From the NCBI RefSeq assembly GCF_009914755.1, contig NC_060929.1: a DNA stretch of 64,000 bases. One strand, written 5' to 3'. The notes beneath the pieces were generated by a model, which was given only the letters and a program-made list of their open reading frames with translations, searched no databases and was not told the DNA's origin. This document shows positions 45,296 through 57,325 of the stretch, in pieces. The DNA comes from the human T2T-CHM13v2.0 reference genome, Homo sapiens. The stretch's first letter is position 1; each line of letters opens with the position of its first letter. A program made the position numbers and the translations under genes.

Positions 45296-45744
45296 TGTAC
45301 TAGTTTGCTAGAGCTGCTGTAAAACATTACCACAAGCTGGGTGGCTTAAGCAACAGAAATGTATTGTTTCACAGTTCAAGATCAAGGTGTCTGCAGGGTT
45401 GGTTCTTTCCAAGGGTTGTGAAAAAAAACTCGTTCTGGGCCTCTCTCTTAGCTTCTGGTGGTTTGCTGGCAGTCTTTGATGCTCTATTGGCTTGTAGGAG
45501 CAGGACCCTGATCTCTGCCTTCATCTTCACGTGGATGTTCTCCCTGGGAGTGTGTGTCTTTGTGTCCAAATTTCCCATTTTTGTAATGATCAGTCACATT
45601 GGATTGGAGCCCATCCTAATGACTTCATCTAAACTAACTTTATCAGCAATGAACTTATTTCCAAATAAGGTCACATTCTTCAGTAGTTGGGGTTAGGACT
45701 GCAAAATGTGAATCTTGGAGGGAGGTATAATTTTACTCAAAACA
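45296..45744 (-). mobile_element. MLT1B/C-like solo LTR
   Basis: tgtactagtttgctagagctgctgtaaaacattaccacaagctgggtggctta...ttccaaataaggtcacattc; flanks acccc/gcccc. Confidence 0.82.
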
Positions 45745-45896
45745 GCCCCTAATAAGGAGAGTGAATCATTTGACTGGTGGGTGATGAAGCTCTGGCATTG
45801 GCTGAGATTTTTGCACTTGTTGGAGCTAAGCTATAATACAGGACCAGGGACTGTGGGAGTCAGTGATGTTGGGTGGGTTTGTCAGCTTTTCAAATC

Positions 45897-46380
45897 CCAG
45901 GTTTTCCATAGGGGCAGTCCCCAGGTCTACACCAGCTAGGGGTTTCTACCATAGGGGCTTGTCCCCAGGTCTGCACCAGCTAGGGGTTCCTACCATAGGG
46001 GCAGTCCCCAGGTCTACACCAGCTAGGGGTTTCTACCATAGGGGCTTGTCCCCAGGTCTGCACCAGCTAGGGGTTTCTACCATAGGGGCAGTCCCCAGGT
46101 CTGCACCAGCTAGGGGTTTCTACCATAGGGGCAGTCCCCAGGTCTGCACCAGCTAGGGGTTTCTACCATAGGGGCAGTCCCCAGGTCTACACCAGCTAGG
46201 GGTTTCTACCATAGGGGCAGTCCCCAGGTCTACACCAGCTAGGGGTTTCTACCATAGGGGCAGTCCCCAGGTCTGCACCAGCTAGGGGTTTCTACCATAG
46301 GGGCAGTCCCCAGGTCTGCACCAGCTAGGGGTTTCTACCATAGGGGCAGTCCCCAGGTCTACACCAGCTAGGGGTTTCTA
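45897..46380. repeat. 43-bp minisatellite (VNTR), about 11 copies
   Basis: Unit ccagctaggggtttctaccataggggcagtccccaggtctRca at 45932, 45976, 46019, 46063, 46106 ... 46364; two 44-bp variants carry ggggcttgtcccc. Confidence 0.97.
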
Positions 46381-47263
46381 TGAGCAGATCCTTAGTCTGC
46401 CACTTGGCGGGTTAGAAAGTCATGCTGTCAGCCCAGTGTTGTCACCAGTAAACAGACTATTTAAGTTCCATTTGTCTGTTTTCATTGTCTTATTTTTCAA
46501 TTAGTCCTAAACTTGGGAGAAGAAAAGGGTGCATTTATTGGGCCCCTCAGTCCTAAAATACGGATTTTAAGGAGGCATCAAGGAGGCATCAGGGAGGCAA
46601 CGGAGGGTCGGGGAGCTCGGGAAGGTTTGGGAAGTGGCTTGAGCTCCCACTGCCTCCGGTCCACCTGCAGGCTACCCGACCAGAGCCTGGTCTCCCCACT
46701 TGGACTCACCTGTGCTTCCTCTGAGGATCTGTCACGTGCTCTCCTTGTCTCCTGGGGCACAAAGGGCTGAGTGAGTCAGGGTAAGGGTTACTGTGACCAC
46801 CAGCAGAGGAGATGTCAAGGCCTTGGGGGTCTACCTTTTGGTCCACAGAAATGGAAGCAGAGAATGAGGTCTTAGGGGACAACAGGTATCCTTTGAGTTG
46901 GTGGGAAGAAGCTGTATTTCTCTCAAGGGACCGCCGTCTCACCCCTTTTCTGGAGGAAGGGCCTCCACCCAAGCTGAGATGATCTAGGAGACAAATGTTG
47001 TTTTACGGAGTGAGGTTCCTAGCTCCTGTTGGTGGACACATTTTCCTAAGGAAATAGATGTGTGTAGGATGCTATGCCCAAGATGCATAAGACGACCCAG
47101 TGCTCAGCCCCTGAGTCTCCCCTTATCGTTCCCAACAGCTCCCAAGACAGACTTTCATTACAATTGCACGATGGCTGCCTCAGCAGAGACAGTGGTCTAG
47201 AGCCAGCAGCCATCCGTTTCTGATTGGTCAGACCCTATGCCAAGCAATTTATGTGCATGACTG

Positions 47264-47554
47264 CAGGGCCAGGAATGGGTGAGGGATGTGAGGCTGTCAC
47301 CTCGGTGCAACATTTAAGGGGGTGCTGAAATAACTTACTAATTATGATAAACAACGTACACATTTTTATAATAAAATATATATTATATAAAATTACCATC
47401 TTAACCATTTTTAAACGTTCAGTAGGACTAAGTACATTCACATTGTTGTGCCGAAGAATATTTTAATGCAATATTTTTTCATCTAAATCAAAGCAAAAAA
47501 ATACAGGATGAAAATATTACCAAAAATTTAAACTAAAGGTGGGATCTGGCCCTG
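47264..47554. mobile_element. hAT-Tip100-like MITE with an internal L1 3'-end fragment
   Basis: Terminal inverted repeats cagggccag/ctggccctg; the internal aaattaccatcttaaccatttttaa...cacattgttgtgc is antisense L1M 3'-like. Confidence 0.45.
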
Positions 47555-50004
47555 CACAGCTCAGCCTCCCTTGCCTCCCCCGTCCCAGCCCTACATGACT
47601 GGCCAATCCCTCTTTACAGAGGGAGAAACTGAGGCTCAGAGAGGCTACCTCAGTGGCCCAAGATTACACAACCTGTAGTTTCTATTCAGATGCAGATGAG
47701 GATGCCTGCTCCTCTGAGCTTGGATTTTACACCTGTCCATATCACACTCATCTCAAAGACAGTGGCAACTAACTGAGGTTCCTAGAGCAACACCTAGGAC
47801 AGAGTCTAGGATCTGCAAATGGGGCCAGTGCTATCATGGGTCCTCTCATCCTTCTGCCAGCTCCACCCTCTTCTCCTCCTTGTCCCTGCCCCACCTCTCT
47901 AATCCTCTCTCCACCCTGTGGGAATGGCTGCATTTGTATAGCAAGAGGAGCCCCGTGTCTCTTCCAATCACACTTCCATGGTTCCACTCAGTCTACGAAA
48001 ATCAAGACACCTCCTCCAAATGACGCTCCTTCACAGACAGTCTTAACAATCAGCTCCCAATAGGCCTTTCCCCTCTCTGTCCCTCCCTACCAACCGCGCC
48101 CTGGCTGGCCACACTGAGCCACCTGTCTGTCCCCAGACATGCATCATCTTCCTCCTACAGGTGGATCTTCTGGCCTGGAGCATCTCTCTGCGCCTTCACC
48201 GGCAAACTCTCCTTCTTCCCCCGGACAGACTCTGGGGTGGGTTCCTAGAGTTCTTCAGGTGGAGTCCATGGTTCCATCCCCAGGAGCTCTCTGGCAGTTT
48301 GCCATGGACTGTTTTAATGACACTAAGTATCCCCATGATGCACCACAGTTCAGATTTCCTCCTCTTCTGTTAAACCACAACTGTCACGTCTTCCTCATCT
48401 TTGTTCCTATGGTGCCTAGCAAAGTCCTGGGCACATACTAGAAATTCAAGATATGTTTGTGTGCAATAAGAGATGTGATCCATTTTATCTAAGCTGTTGA
48501 TTTAACACTGGGCCAACAAGGAGAGGATGAGATGGCTACGGCTGCTCCAATTATCTAGGGGAGGGGGCAGACTGGTTGCAGAGTTCAGTGCTGACAGGCT
48601 GACTCCAAGGCAGCAGCATCATGGGAAAAGCATTCCGTCCAGATTCAGAAAGCCCAGCTTCGAATCTTGGTTTGTGGCTTTCTACCAAGGGCTCCAGGGT
48701 AAACTGCTAAACCTCTCTAAGCTTCAGTTTTTTCTTATTTAAAATTGGAAAAAAAGACATAACATATCATTTATGATGCTATCCTGAGAATTACGTGATG
48801 ATTAGAGGTATTAAAGAGTTATTTTGTCCACAAAGCACTAGAGTGATATTATTTATTGATTTCTTAACGGTGCTGATAAGCACAGTCTAATGGCTTCCTT
48901 CAGATGAGGTGGTTGAGGAATTCAGAATCATAAAAACCAAGGGCAACATGAGCACATCGTGAGGACAAAATGTACTAAGCAAGTCAGTGAGGCCACCCAA
49001 AGGAAAATATATTCTGTTTGATAAAACAAATTGATGCGGTGGTTTCATTTAGCAGAATTATCAGCAACACACACACTGGAAAACAAGCAGTTACATGGCT
49101 CTACCCAAGAAATTAATCTCAACATGTGGAAACTGGGAAGGATAAATGTGAAGTTAGTTATCTCTCCAACTGGGAAGATTTTATGAACAACCAGGAGAGT
49201 GAAAAGGTTCCTTGCTTGGTGCTGATTAGTACAGGACACTTATTAGGCAGCTGGCACAGCAGAAAAAGAAGGGCCATTCATCAATTCAGTCATTCACTCA
49301 GTCATTCAGGTAGGAGCTATTTATTCAGGATCTACAAGGTGCCAGATGTTGTTTTGGGGAAAGACAAAACTGATACTGATCAAAGACATGATCGTCATGT
49401 ACGTGAGAATGTCACTTGTGAAGTGACGGGCCTTAAATACCCAAGCACACAGGCAAGAATATCCCTCCAAATTGTGAGAAGTTCTGGATCAAAAGCCCAG
49501 AATGCTTTGACAAGGCCATAGAGAAGGCCGAATATATATGGAATGAACGTGTCAAGGAGTGTCTCTTACAACAAGAGACATTTAAGTTGGGATACAAAGG
49601 TGGAAAGTCCTCCAGGTGCTGGTAGTCACATGTAAAGGTCCTGAGGTAGAAAAGACCTCAACGTATAGAACAACGGAAAAGAGGCTAGTATTGCAAACAG
49701 GGTGAATGAAGAGCAGAGGGGCCCCACATGAGGCTGGAGACTTGCAGGCCCAGGCCAGCTATGTCCACACAGCTGAGACGGGCTGATACCAGTTCTCAGA
49801 TGCTTAAAATAAAATGGTGAAATCTGTGTAGAGCCTTTCTCCTAAGGACTCAAGAAGAGTGATACAAAGACAGATGGCCATAATAATTCAGCAGTTGAAA
49901 AAAAAAGAAAACTTTTTCAGAATGAGGCGACAACATAAAACGAAGGTAATGTGAGAAAAAGAGAAGAATAGGCCCAGATAATGTAATGGAGGTGAACATA
50001 CAGA

Positions 50005-50577
50005 AAAAAAAGGAAGAGCTGTGAAAAGCAGTTGGCGGTTTTCAAAAAGTGATACAGAGTTACCATACAATCCATCAATTCTGCTTCTAGGTATATACCC
50101 AAAATAATTGAAATGGGTATGTAAACAAATACAATAGCCGAAGAGTGAACACCGCTCACATGTCCATCAATGGATAAGTGGATACACAAAATGTGCTATA
50201 TCCATGCAGGGGAATATTATTCAGCCACATAAAGGAATGAAGTTCTAAAACATGCTACAACAATGATGAACCTTGAACACATCATGCTAAGTGAAGGAAG
50301 CCAGTCATAAAAGTCATCTATTGTAGGATCCTATTTATATGAAATATGCAGAAGAGATAGATTCATAGAGAAAGAGCACAGATTGGTAATTGCCAGGGCC
50401 TGGGCAAGGCAGAATGGGAGTAACTGCTTAATGAATATGGGGTTTTCTTTTAGGGTGATGAAAATATTTTGGAACTAGGTAGATGTCATTTTCAACACAC
50501 TTTGAACGTACCAAATGCTGCCGAGTTGTTCACTTTTAAATGGTTAATTTGATGTTATGTAAATTTATTCTGAATTA
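50005..50577 (+). mobile_element. L1M (L1MB-like) 3' UTR fragment
   Basis: gagttaccatac...ctaggtatatacccaaaataattgaaa...tgtccatcaatggataagtggatacacaaaatgtg...gaaccttgaacacatcatgctaagtgaaggaagccagtca. Confidence 0.85.
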
Positions 50578-52856
50578 GTTTGAATGAAAGGGATAGAAAG
50601 GATAGGGGAGGAAATGCCTGGGAGGTGGAGGGTCATAATCTGGTCATAACAGAAGGTGTTGCTGGGTGGAAGGGCTCGTTTCTGCTGCTAGTTCGATCTG
50701 CCTGCAGGCAGGTGCATCTGGGCTTGGTGGTCTATGGCACTCCTTGGCCTTTGTCTTCACCTGAATTAAAGTCTTCATAGCTCAGTAAGTTTTAAAGACA
50801 GTGGAGGGAGCTTCCAGGCCCAGTGAGGTGAGAAGTGAGGGGAGCCCTTTCTCCAGCAGCGTCCCTGCCTCATGGTGCTTTGGTGCTGTCTTTCTGGGCT
50901 GCTGTCCCCTTCTGTCCCCGTGGGAGTGGGAAGCTGCTCAGACAGGCAGCTCTACCTTCCCACGGCCTCTGTGTTAGCTCTGGGGATCCCGGCTGGGTGC
51001 TTGGGAGGAAACAGGAGGCTATTCTGCCTCAATGATTTCCCCTCAAACAGGAATGCTCCCTGGGAAATCCTAAGAAGCCCTGGCATTGGTTTCTTTGTGA
51101 GCCTGTTACCGCAGGAGCTGGCAGAGGATGCTCTGCTTCATCTGACTCTTAATCTATTTCAGCTGCTTAGGAGTGACAGGGGTCAAGGACAAATGACATT
51201 TAATCATGTGTGGTAGCCAGTGCTGCCTGCAGAGGAGAAATCAGTAAAGTTCCTTTGTGTTCTAGGAAGAAACTCAGCGCTGCTTCCGTGCACATTAAGG
51301 AGAAACGCTGCCCTTCAAGCCCCATCAGATTCTGAGCAATGCGACAGGCCACACACCACGCCTCCTGGCAGGCCTCAAAAGGACACGATGCTTTTGCTTA
51401 CCTGAAACCATTATTTTTTGCAGTAAGCTTCATTTCCTCCAACCACCTGACTCTAACTTGTGCAAAATAGCTCCGTGAGCAGTCAGCACCCATCACGGTG
51501 ACGCTTTCCTTTGGCAGAACCCTCATGTGTTTATATAAATTAGTCCACAATTGGCAATTACATTGTTGTTCCAAAATAAGGGCAGGCAACATGTAACCCC
51601 GGGAAGAACAATGGTCTGGACACGGAAGTCCAGACAGGACTATTATGGAAAATTATGGGGGATGATTCATCAGCTGGCCTCTCCCTGGGCACGGCCATCC
51701 TCACATACAATCTTTGTGCTAACGCAGCTACTTTCTGGTAATAAGTTACCATAAGAGAAGTGTAATTAGCTGTTGGGATTCATTAGCTCCAGTCAGTGCA
51801 TCACTGGTACAACATCTTCCTTGCCAGTTTACTGCTTGTTAATGGGGAGCGATGATGTATTTGTACCTCTACGGAAAGACAGTGAAGGACGCAGGACTAA
51901 TCTGAAGTCCTGGCGGTCTGTCCTTTTATGTAGTAGACTGAAAAACTGAAAATGAGTGTATGACACAGAGGAAGAGCCCAGGGTCCTAAAAAGCCAGTGT
52001 GGAAGGCTATCAGCCCATTCACACATATTATTACTAAATATTGCTTCTTCGGTTAAACCTGTTGGAGGCAAGAACATGCTGACCAAGCATGAAACCTGGA
52101 CAGGGCTGTCTTCCCTTTAGCTTTTCCCTGCTTTAGAAAATTTTGTAGTGGGTACTTCTAGAAGCTTCTGTCAGTTTAGAACAAGAACTTACAAGACTTA
52201 AGGAGTAATGACTTTTACTTTCAATTGCTTCTCAATTCTGTTTCCAGAATAAGCAATTGGCTTTCTGTGACACAATGAAGATCCCATCCCAGAGAGGCAG
52301 ACAGGGGCCCCACGGGGCTGTGCAGGAAGGCAAGTGCTAATTCTCTCTGCTCACCCCAAAGGCACCTCTGCTTCCTATGAGACCCCCACACTACTGTTGA
52401 GTCAGTGTTCAGAGACCCCACCTCTCACTCTTCCATAGCACAGCTGCACAGGGCAATGGAAAAGAACCCAGGGAACCAGACCTCCCGCTGAGCCCCCACC
52501 GCCCCCGCCTACTCCTGCAGTGATTGTCAAACATCCCTGAGTAAATCCGGTGGACTTCTCTACTGGCCCGCACAGTGACGGGACAAAGTCGTTATCCTAG
52601 GAAAGGGGGCCAGAGAGCATAGAATGGCACATGGAGACTTTTCTACTCACTTACTTGAAATAGTCTTGGTCAATTAGAGGGAAACTAAATTTGATTTCAA
52701 ATATTCTTGGTTAATTAAGGACCAACCAGACTCAAGAAAAAGAGGATGTGGGGCCAGCAGAATGTGGAGAAGCGCAGTGCAGCACAGATAGCATCCAGCT
52801 CTGCATGCTGACATCAGGTGGTGGCAGGTGGTGAGGCCTCTGAACTGCTGCCTTCT

Positions 52857-53161
52857 TTTTTTTTTTTTTTTTTTTTTTTTGACGGGGAGTTTTGCTCTTG
52901 TCGCCCAGGCTGGAGTGCAGTAGCATGATCTCGGCTCACTGCAACCTCTGCCTCTGGGTTCAAGCAATTCTCCTGCCTCAGACTCCTGAGTAGCTGGGAT
53001 TACAGGTGCCCGCCAGCTCACCCAGCTAATTTTTTATTTTTAGTAGAGATGGGGTTTCACCATGTTGGTCAGGCTGGTCTGGAACTCCTGACCTCAGGTG
53101 ATCCACCCGCCTTGGCCTCTCAAAGTGCTGAGATGACAGGCGTGAGCCACCGCGTCCAGCC
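52857..53161 (-). mobile_element. Alu (AluSq/Sx-like)
   Basis: Long T tail; 16-bp TSD tgaactgctgccttct at 52841-52856 and 53162-53177. Confidence 0.95.
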
Positions 53162-54540
53162 TGAACTGCTGCCTTCTGAGTGCCTTTCATGCCTCTCATT
53201 GCTGATGTTTTCCTTCCTCCAACAGGATCACATCTACAAGCTGGAGATCTTCACTTAAGGTTCATCAACAGGGGCATGGCCCCACGTGGACTCTGCTTGT
53301 TCTGTGAGCTGTACTAACTCACGGGTTGTTTGGCCCAACTTTGGTAAATGTCAGTTTTATTTATTTTCAAATAATGCCACTTTGAAATGGGAAAGAATAA
53401 ACAGCATGAAAATCGATGTGTTACAGTGCTGGAGAGGCTGGGTACGTAAGCAGTACATGAAAGCGTTTGGTGTGCTCTTTCTTCTTCAATTTATGGTTAA
53501 TAGATTTGTTTGCTTCTCCTCCAGGGAAGTTACTTCTTATGCAATGTAATGTAATTTGGGAGGCAGCAGGAAGAAAAATTACATTTTTAATGTCAAGAAG
53601 TTATGAAGGATTTAAAGAATGAACCAGCTTTTTATTTATCAGGGAGCTAATACCCTGTACTAATGTTTTATAGAAATATCTATTAAACATCATTTTAAAC
53701 CAATTGATAATTCACTAAACTTTTTCATTGAATTTCTTTTAAAGTGAGTAATTTGTTCATATTAATGGAAAAATCCAAATATTCATGTCTTCATAGGAAT
53801 AATGACTATTCATTCACGCTGAAAAGATAAATTAAATATTTGCTTGTCCTTTTAAAAGAAGCCCATATTTGCAACCAAATTACAGGATACATAATTTAAA
53901 ACAAATCTCAGTTGGAGTGTGCAAATTTTCATAATTAAGTAGATCAAAGTTTGCAGAAATAAGTGATGAAAACTTTAAAAGGGAATAGCATGATGGGGGA
54001 TTTTATATTAATCATTTATATTCAAGGAGAAATCATTATACTGTCACTTTTTCTAGCTTAGGAAAACAAAATAGTGTTTGGGAAGAAATTATCCCCAATA
54101 CTATTTCAGGGAACAAAAATGCCAGGAAGAACTTTGGACAATGATACTCCTTTTGGGGAAGAAAGGCCATCTGAAAGAAATGAAAAATGAAGCTTTTTCG
54201 AACTTTTCCTAATGGAAAAGACAGGGCACATACAAAATTCCTAACAGATACAAAGCTCAAGGGCTACAAGATAGAAACTTTAAGCCAGCTTCAAGTAAAA
54301 AGCTTTTATACGTAAAGAAAGAATGTGTTAGTAAGAGAGAGGTGGATCAGCCACGGAGATACTGAAAAAAGGAATATTGTCTTCTGAGGCATTAATTAGG
54401 GAAAACATATCCCAGCTTGTCCAGTCTGGGGCATATAATGATGACCTAAATGCATCAGGCTGTCTTATCTTAATGATATTATGCAGTAATTTCAGCTGCA
54501 AACTCCAAGGATTCTTCTATTTGCCACTAAGTGCAAAGTA

Positions 54541-54811
54541 TTACCTTTTCTATGTATGGATACGTTTAGATAGACACATACTTACCATTTGTGTTACAAC
54601 TGTCTGCAGTATTCAGGACAGTGTTGTGCTATACAGGCCTGTAACCTAGGAGCAATAGACATATCATACAGCCTAGGCTGTGTCATAAGCTATAACGTCT
54701 AGGTTTGTGTAAGTGCGCCCTATGGTGTTTACGGCGTTTCCATAAGAATGAAATGGACTCAAGATGCATTTCTCAGAACACGTTCCTGTTGTTATGCCAT
54801 GCATGACTGTA
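54541..54811 (+). mobile_element. Tigger3/MER7-like TcMar fragment
   Basis: tacttaccatttgtgttacaactg..tgcagtattcag...gcatttctcagaacacg..cctgttgtta.gc.atgcatgactgta terminal sequence. Confidence 0.75.
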
Positions 54812-55217
54812 TAAAGCACACCTCCTTCTGACTGGGTGGGAGGAAGTGATCTGGAAATGTTGGGGTTGCACCACAGGAGACCCGAGCCCTCGTCACTGGT
54901 GGAGCTGCTGAGATGGGCAGCCAACTGTCTTTTCTGAGGAGCTCCTAAGATCACCTTACTCCTCCTCACTCCACTGAACTCTGTCCCCTCCCATCGAAGA
55001 GGACTGTCACTGCTGAGAACTGACTCAATAAAATCACTTCACATCTTTACTAGACACACTGATCAGGACTAAGCTGCCCGGCCAGGAGCTTCCTCTGCTC
55101 TAGGACCAGGTGTGGGAAAATGGGGTGGAGTGGGGTGAGTGGTGTGTCTCATCTGTTCCCATGTCCACACAGAGTCCTTCTCATTTTCAAGAACCTGGAT
55201 TAAGAGTGCTGAATTCA

Positions 55218-55610
<393 letters not shown>

Positions 55611-56879
55611 TCAAAAAGATTCTTTTTAACAGATGAATAATATTGGCAGACAACTGAACTTAACATAAAAATAATAATAATTCCTCTTCTTACCTGTGGC
55701 TAATGCAAGAGTAAGCCACAGAAAATAAACGTCCTTGGAGCTTTGTAGCCAGAGTGTGATTATCATTAACATTACTTTGTGAAGGGGCGTTTCTCAAGGT
55801 CACTCTAGAATTAGAGGCACCGTGGGACCAAGCACTCATCCATTTTATGGGTTAAAATGACTAATTGAGGGTCTGAGTTTAATTACAATCGTAAGCAAAG
55901 GCACAGTGCAGATACTTTGACGGGCTTAATAACATTCTTATGTACACAAAGATAGATGGAAAAAATTAGGGTTGTATATTGTTGTCCTTTAGGACAAGAT
56001 ACTGAAGTGGGAATAGAATAATAAAAATAAATAAACGACTCAGCGGCACCGGGAAATGAGCTGTGGAAGTTAGCCAGCCAGCCTTATGCACATACTTCAG
56101 CTGGAGATAAAGTCCTAAGTATCCATGACTAAATATAATGCGACTATACAGGAGTGCAGATCACAGTTGTTTTATTGAGCTAGCTGCTAGATTAAAAGGT
56201 AAAAAAGTATGCTCTGCAAGCTTCTACCCATAGTTCACCCTGAAATGATGATAACAGCCACAGCGGGATCTTTAGGATATGCATCGGTGATATTTTAAAT
56301 GGGAAATGCAGTCATGTTTCACAGAAAATCCACAAAGCATCAGGTCTGTACACAGCTGCTAGAGTCGACATCCTTAAATGACACTGATATGGTGTCACAT
56401 CCCCTGCGTAAGAACCTCAAATGACTTCTGGCTGTCCATAGTGTCAGAAAAATCCATGCAATGTTCAGAAGCTAGTTCAATGTCGGGAGGAAAAGGAAAG
56501 GTTGGCTCATAAATAAGAGCAGAACACACAGAAATCAGATCCGTGTGTGGGGAGACCCTCATTTCATGGCTATCCAGTCAAGAGGTTGGATATGAACCTT
56601 CTTTGGCCGAGACAGCCACATCTTGACTTGTAGAACTCAATCCTGCTACAGGTAGTGTTTGGTTTTGTAGCTAAGCTACAGAGGGGAATGGCCTTGTGCA
56701 CAGAGAAAAACAGAAAAACACCTTTGATCTGGGTTGTTTGTTGAGTGTGTGGGCACTGTTTGGGGACAGGCAGCATCTCTGAGTTGTCTATCTCCTCCTC
56801 TTCTCAGTGCTGCATCCTCAGGCGGCTCCTTGGCTTCCTAGCTTAGCAGCCCCTCTCTTATTTTCTTACTGGAGTGACC

Positions 56880-57325
56880 ATAATAGATTCCCAGGGCTGT
56901 CAGAACCGAGTACCACAAACTGGGTGGCTTAAAACAACCGAAACTTATTATCTCACGTTCTGGACGCCAGAAATCTAAAATCAAGGTGCCAGCAGGGCCG
57001 TGCTCTCTCTGAAGGCTCTTGGGAAAATTCCTTCCCTGCCTCTTCCTAGCTGCTGGTGTTGCAGCAATTCTTAGTTATCCCTGAATTGTGGCTGCAACAC
57101 TCCAATCTCTGCCTTTGTCTTCACAAGGCCTTCTTCCCTGTGTGTCTCTCTGTGCATATGTCCTCTTTTTATAAGATGCCATTCATTGGATTTAGGGCCC
57201 ACTCTTACCTAGTATGACCTGATCTTCATGAACTAATTGTATCTGCAAAGACCTTATTTCCAAATAAGATCACATTCTGAAGTTCTGGGTAGACAAGAAT
57301 TTTGGGGGAAGATTTATTCAACACA
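56880..57325 (-). mobile_element. MLT1B/C-like LTR
   Basis: taccacaaactgggtggcttaaaacaac...atcaaggtgccagcagggcc...atctgcaaagaccttatttccaaataagatcacattctga. Confidence 0.82.

Noticed and set aside
45863-46156. Repetitive ORF (IGAVPRSTPARGFYHRG...)
   Set aside because: Product of the 87-bp VNTR dimer being divisible by three; it is antisense to CTNND2 with no promoter or splice support.
45897-46380. CTCF-like motif ccataggggcag in each VNTR unit
   Set aside because: Two bases shorter than the CCASYAGRKGGCRS core, so the spacing does not fit.
46704-46795. Strong donor CAG|GTGAGT at 46709 with upstream AGs (similar donors at 51401 and 42535)
   Set aside because: Weak pyrimidine tracts and no ARM-like coding; such pseudo-exon signals are expected by chance in a 42-kb intron.
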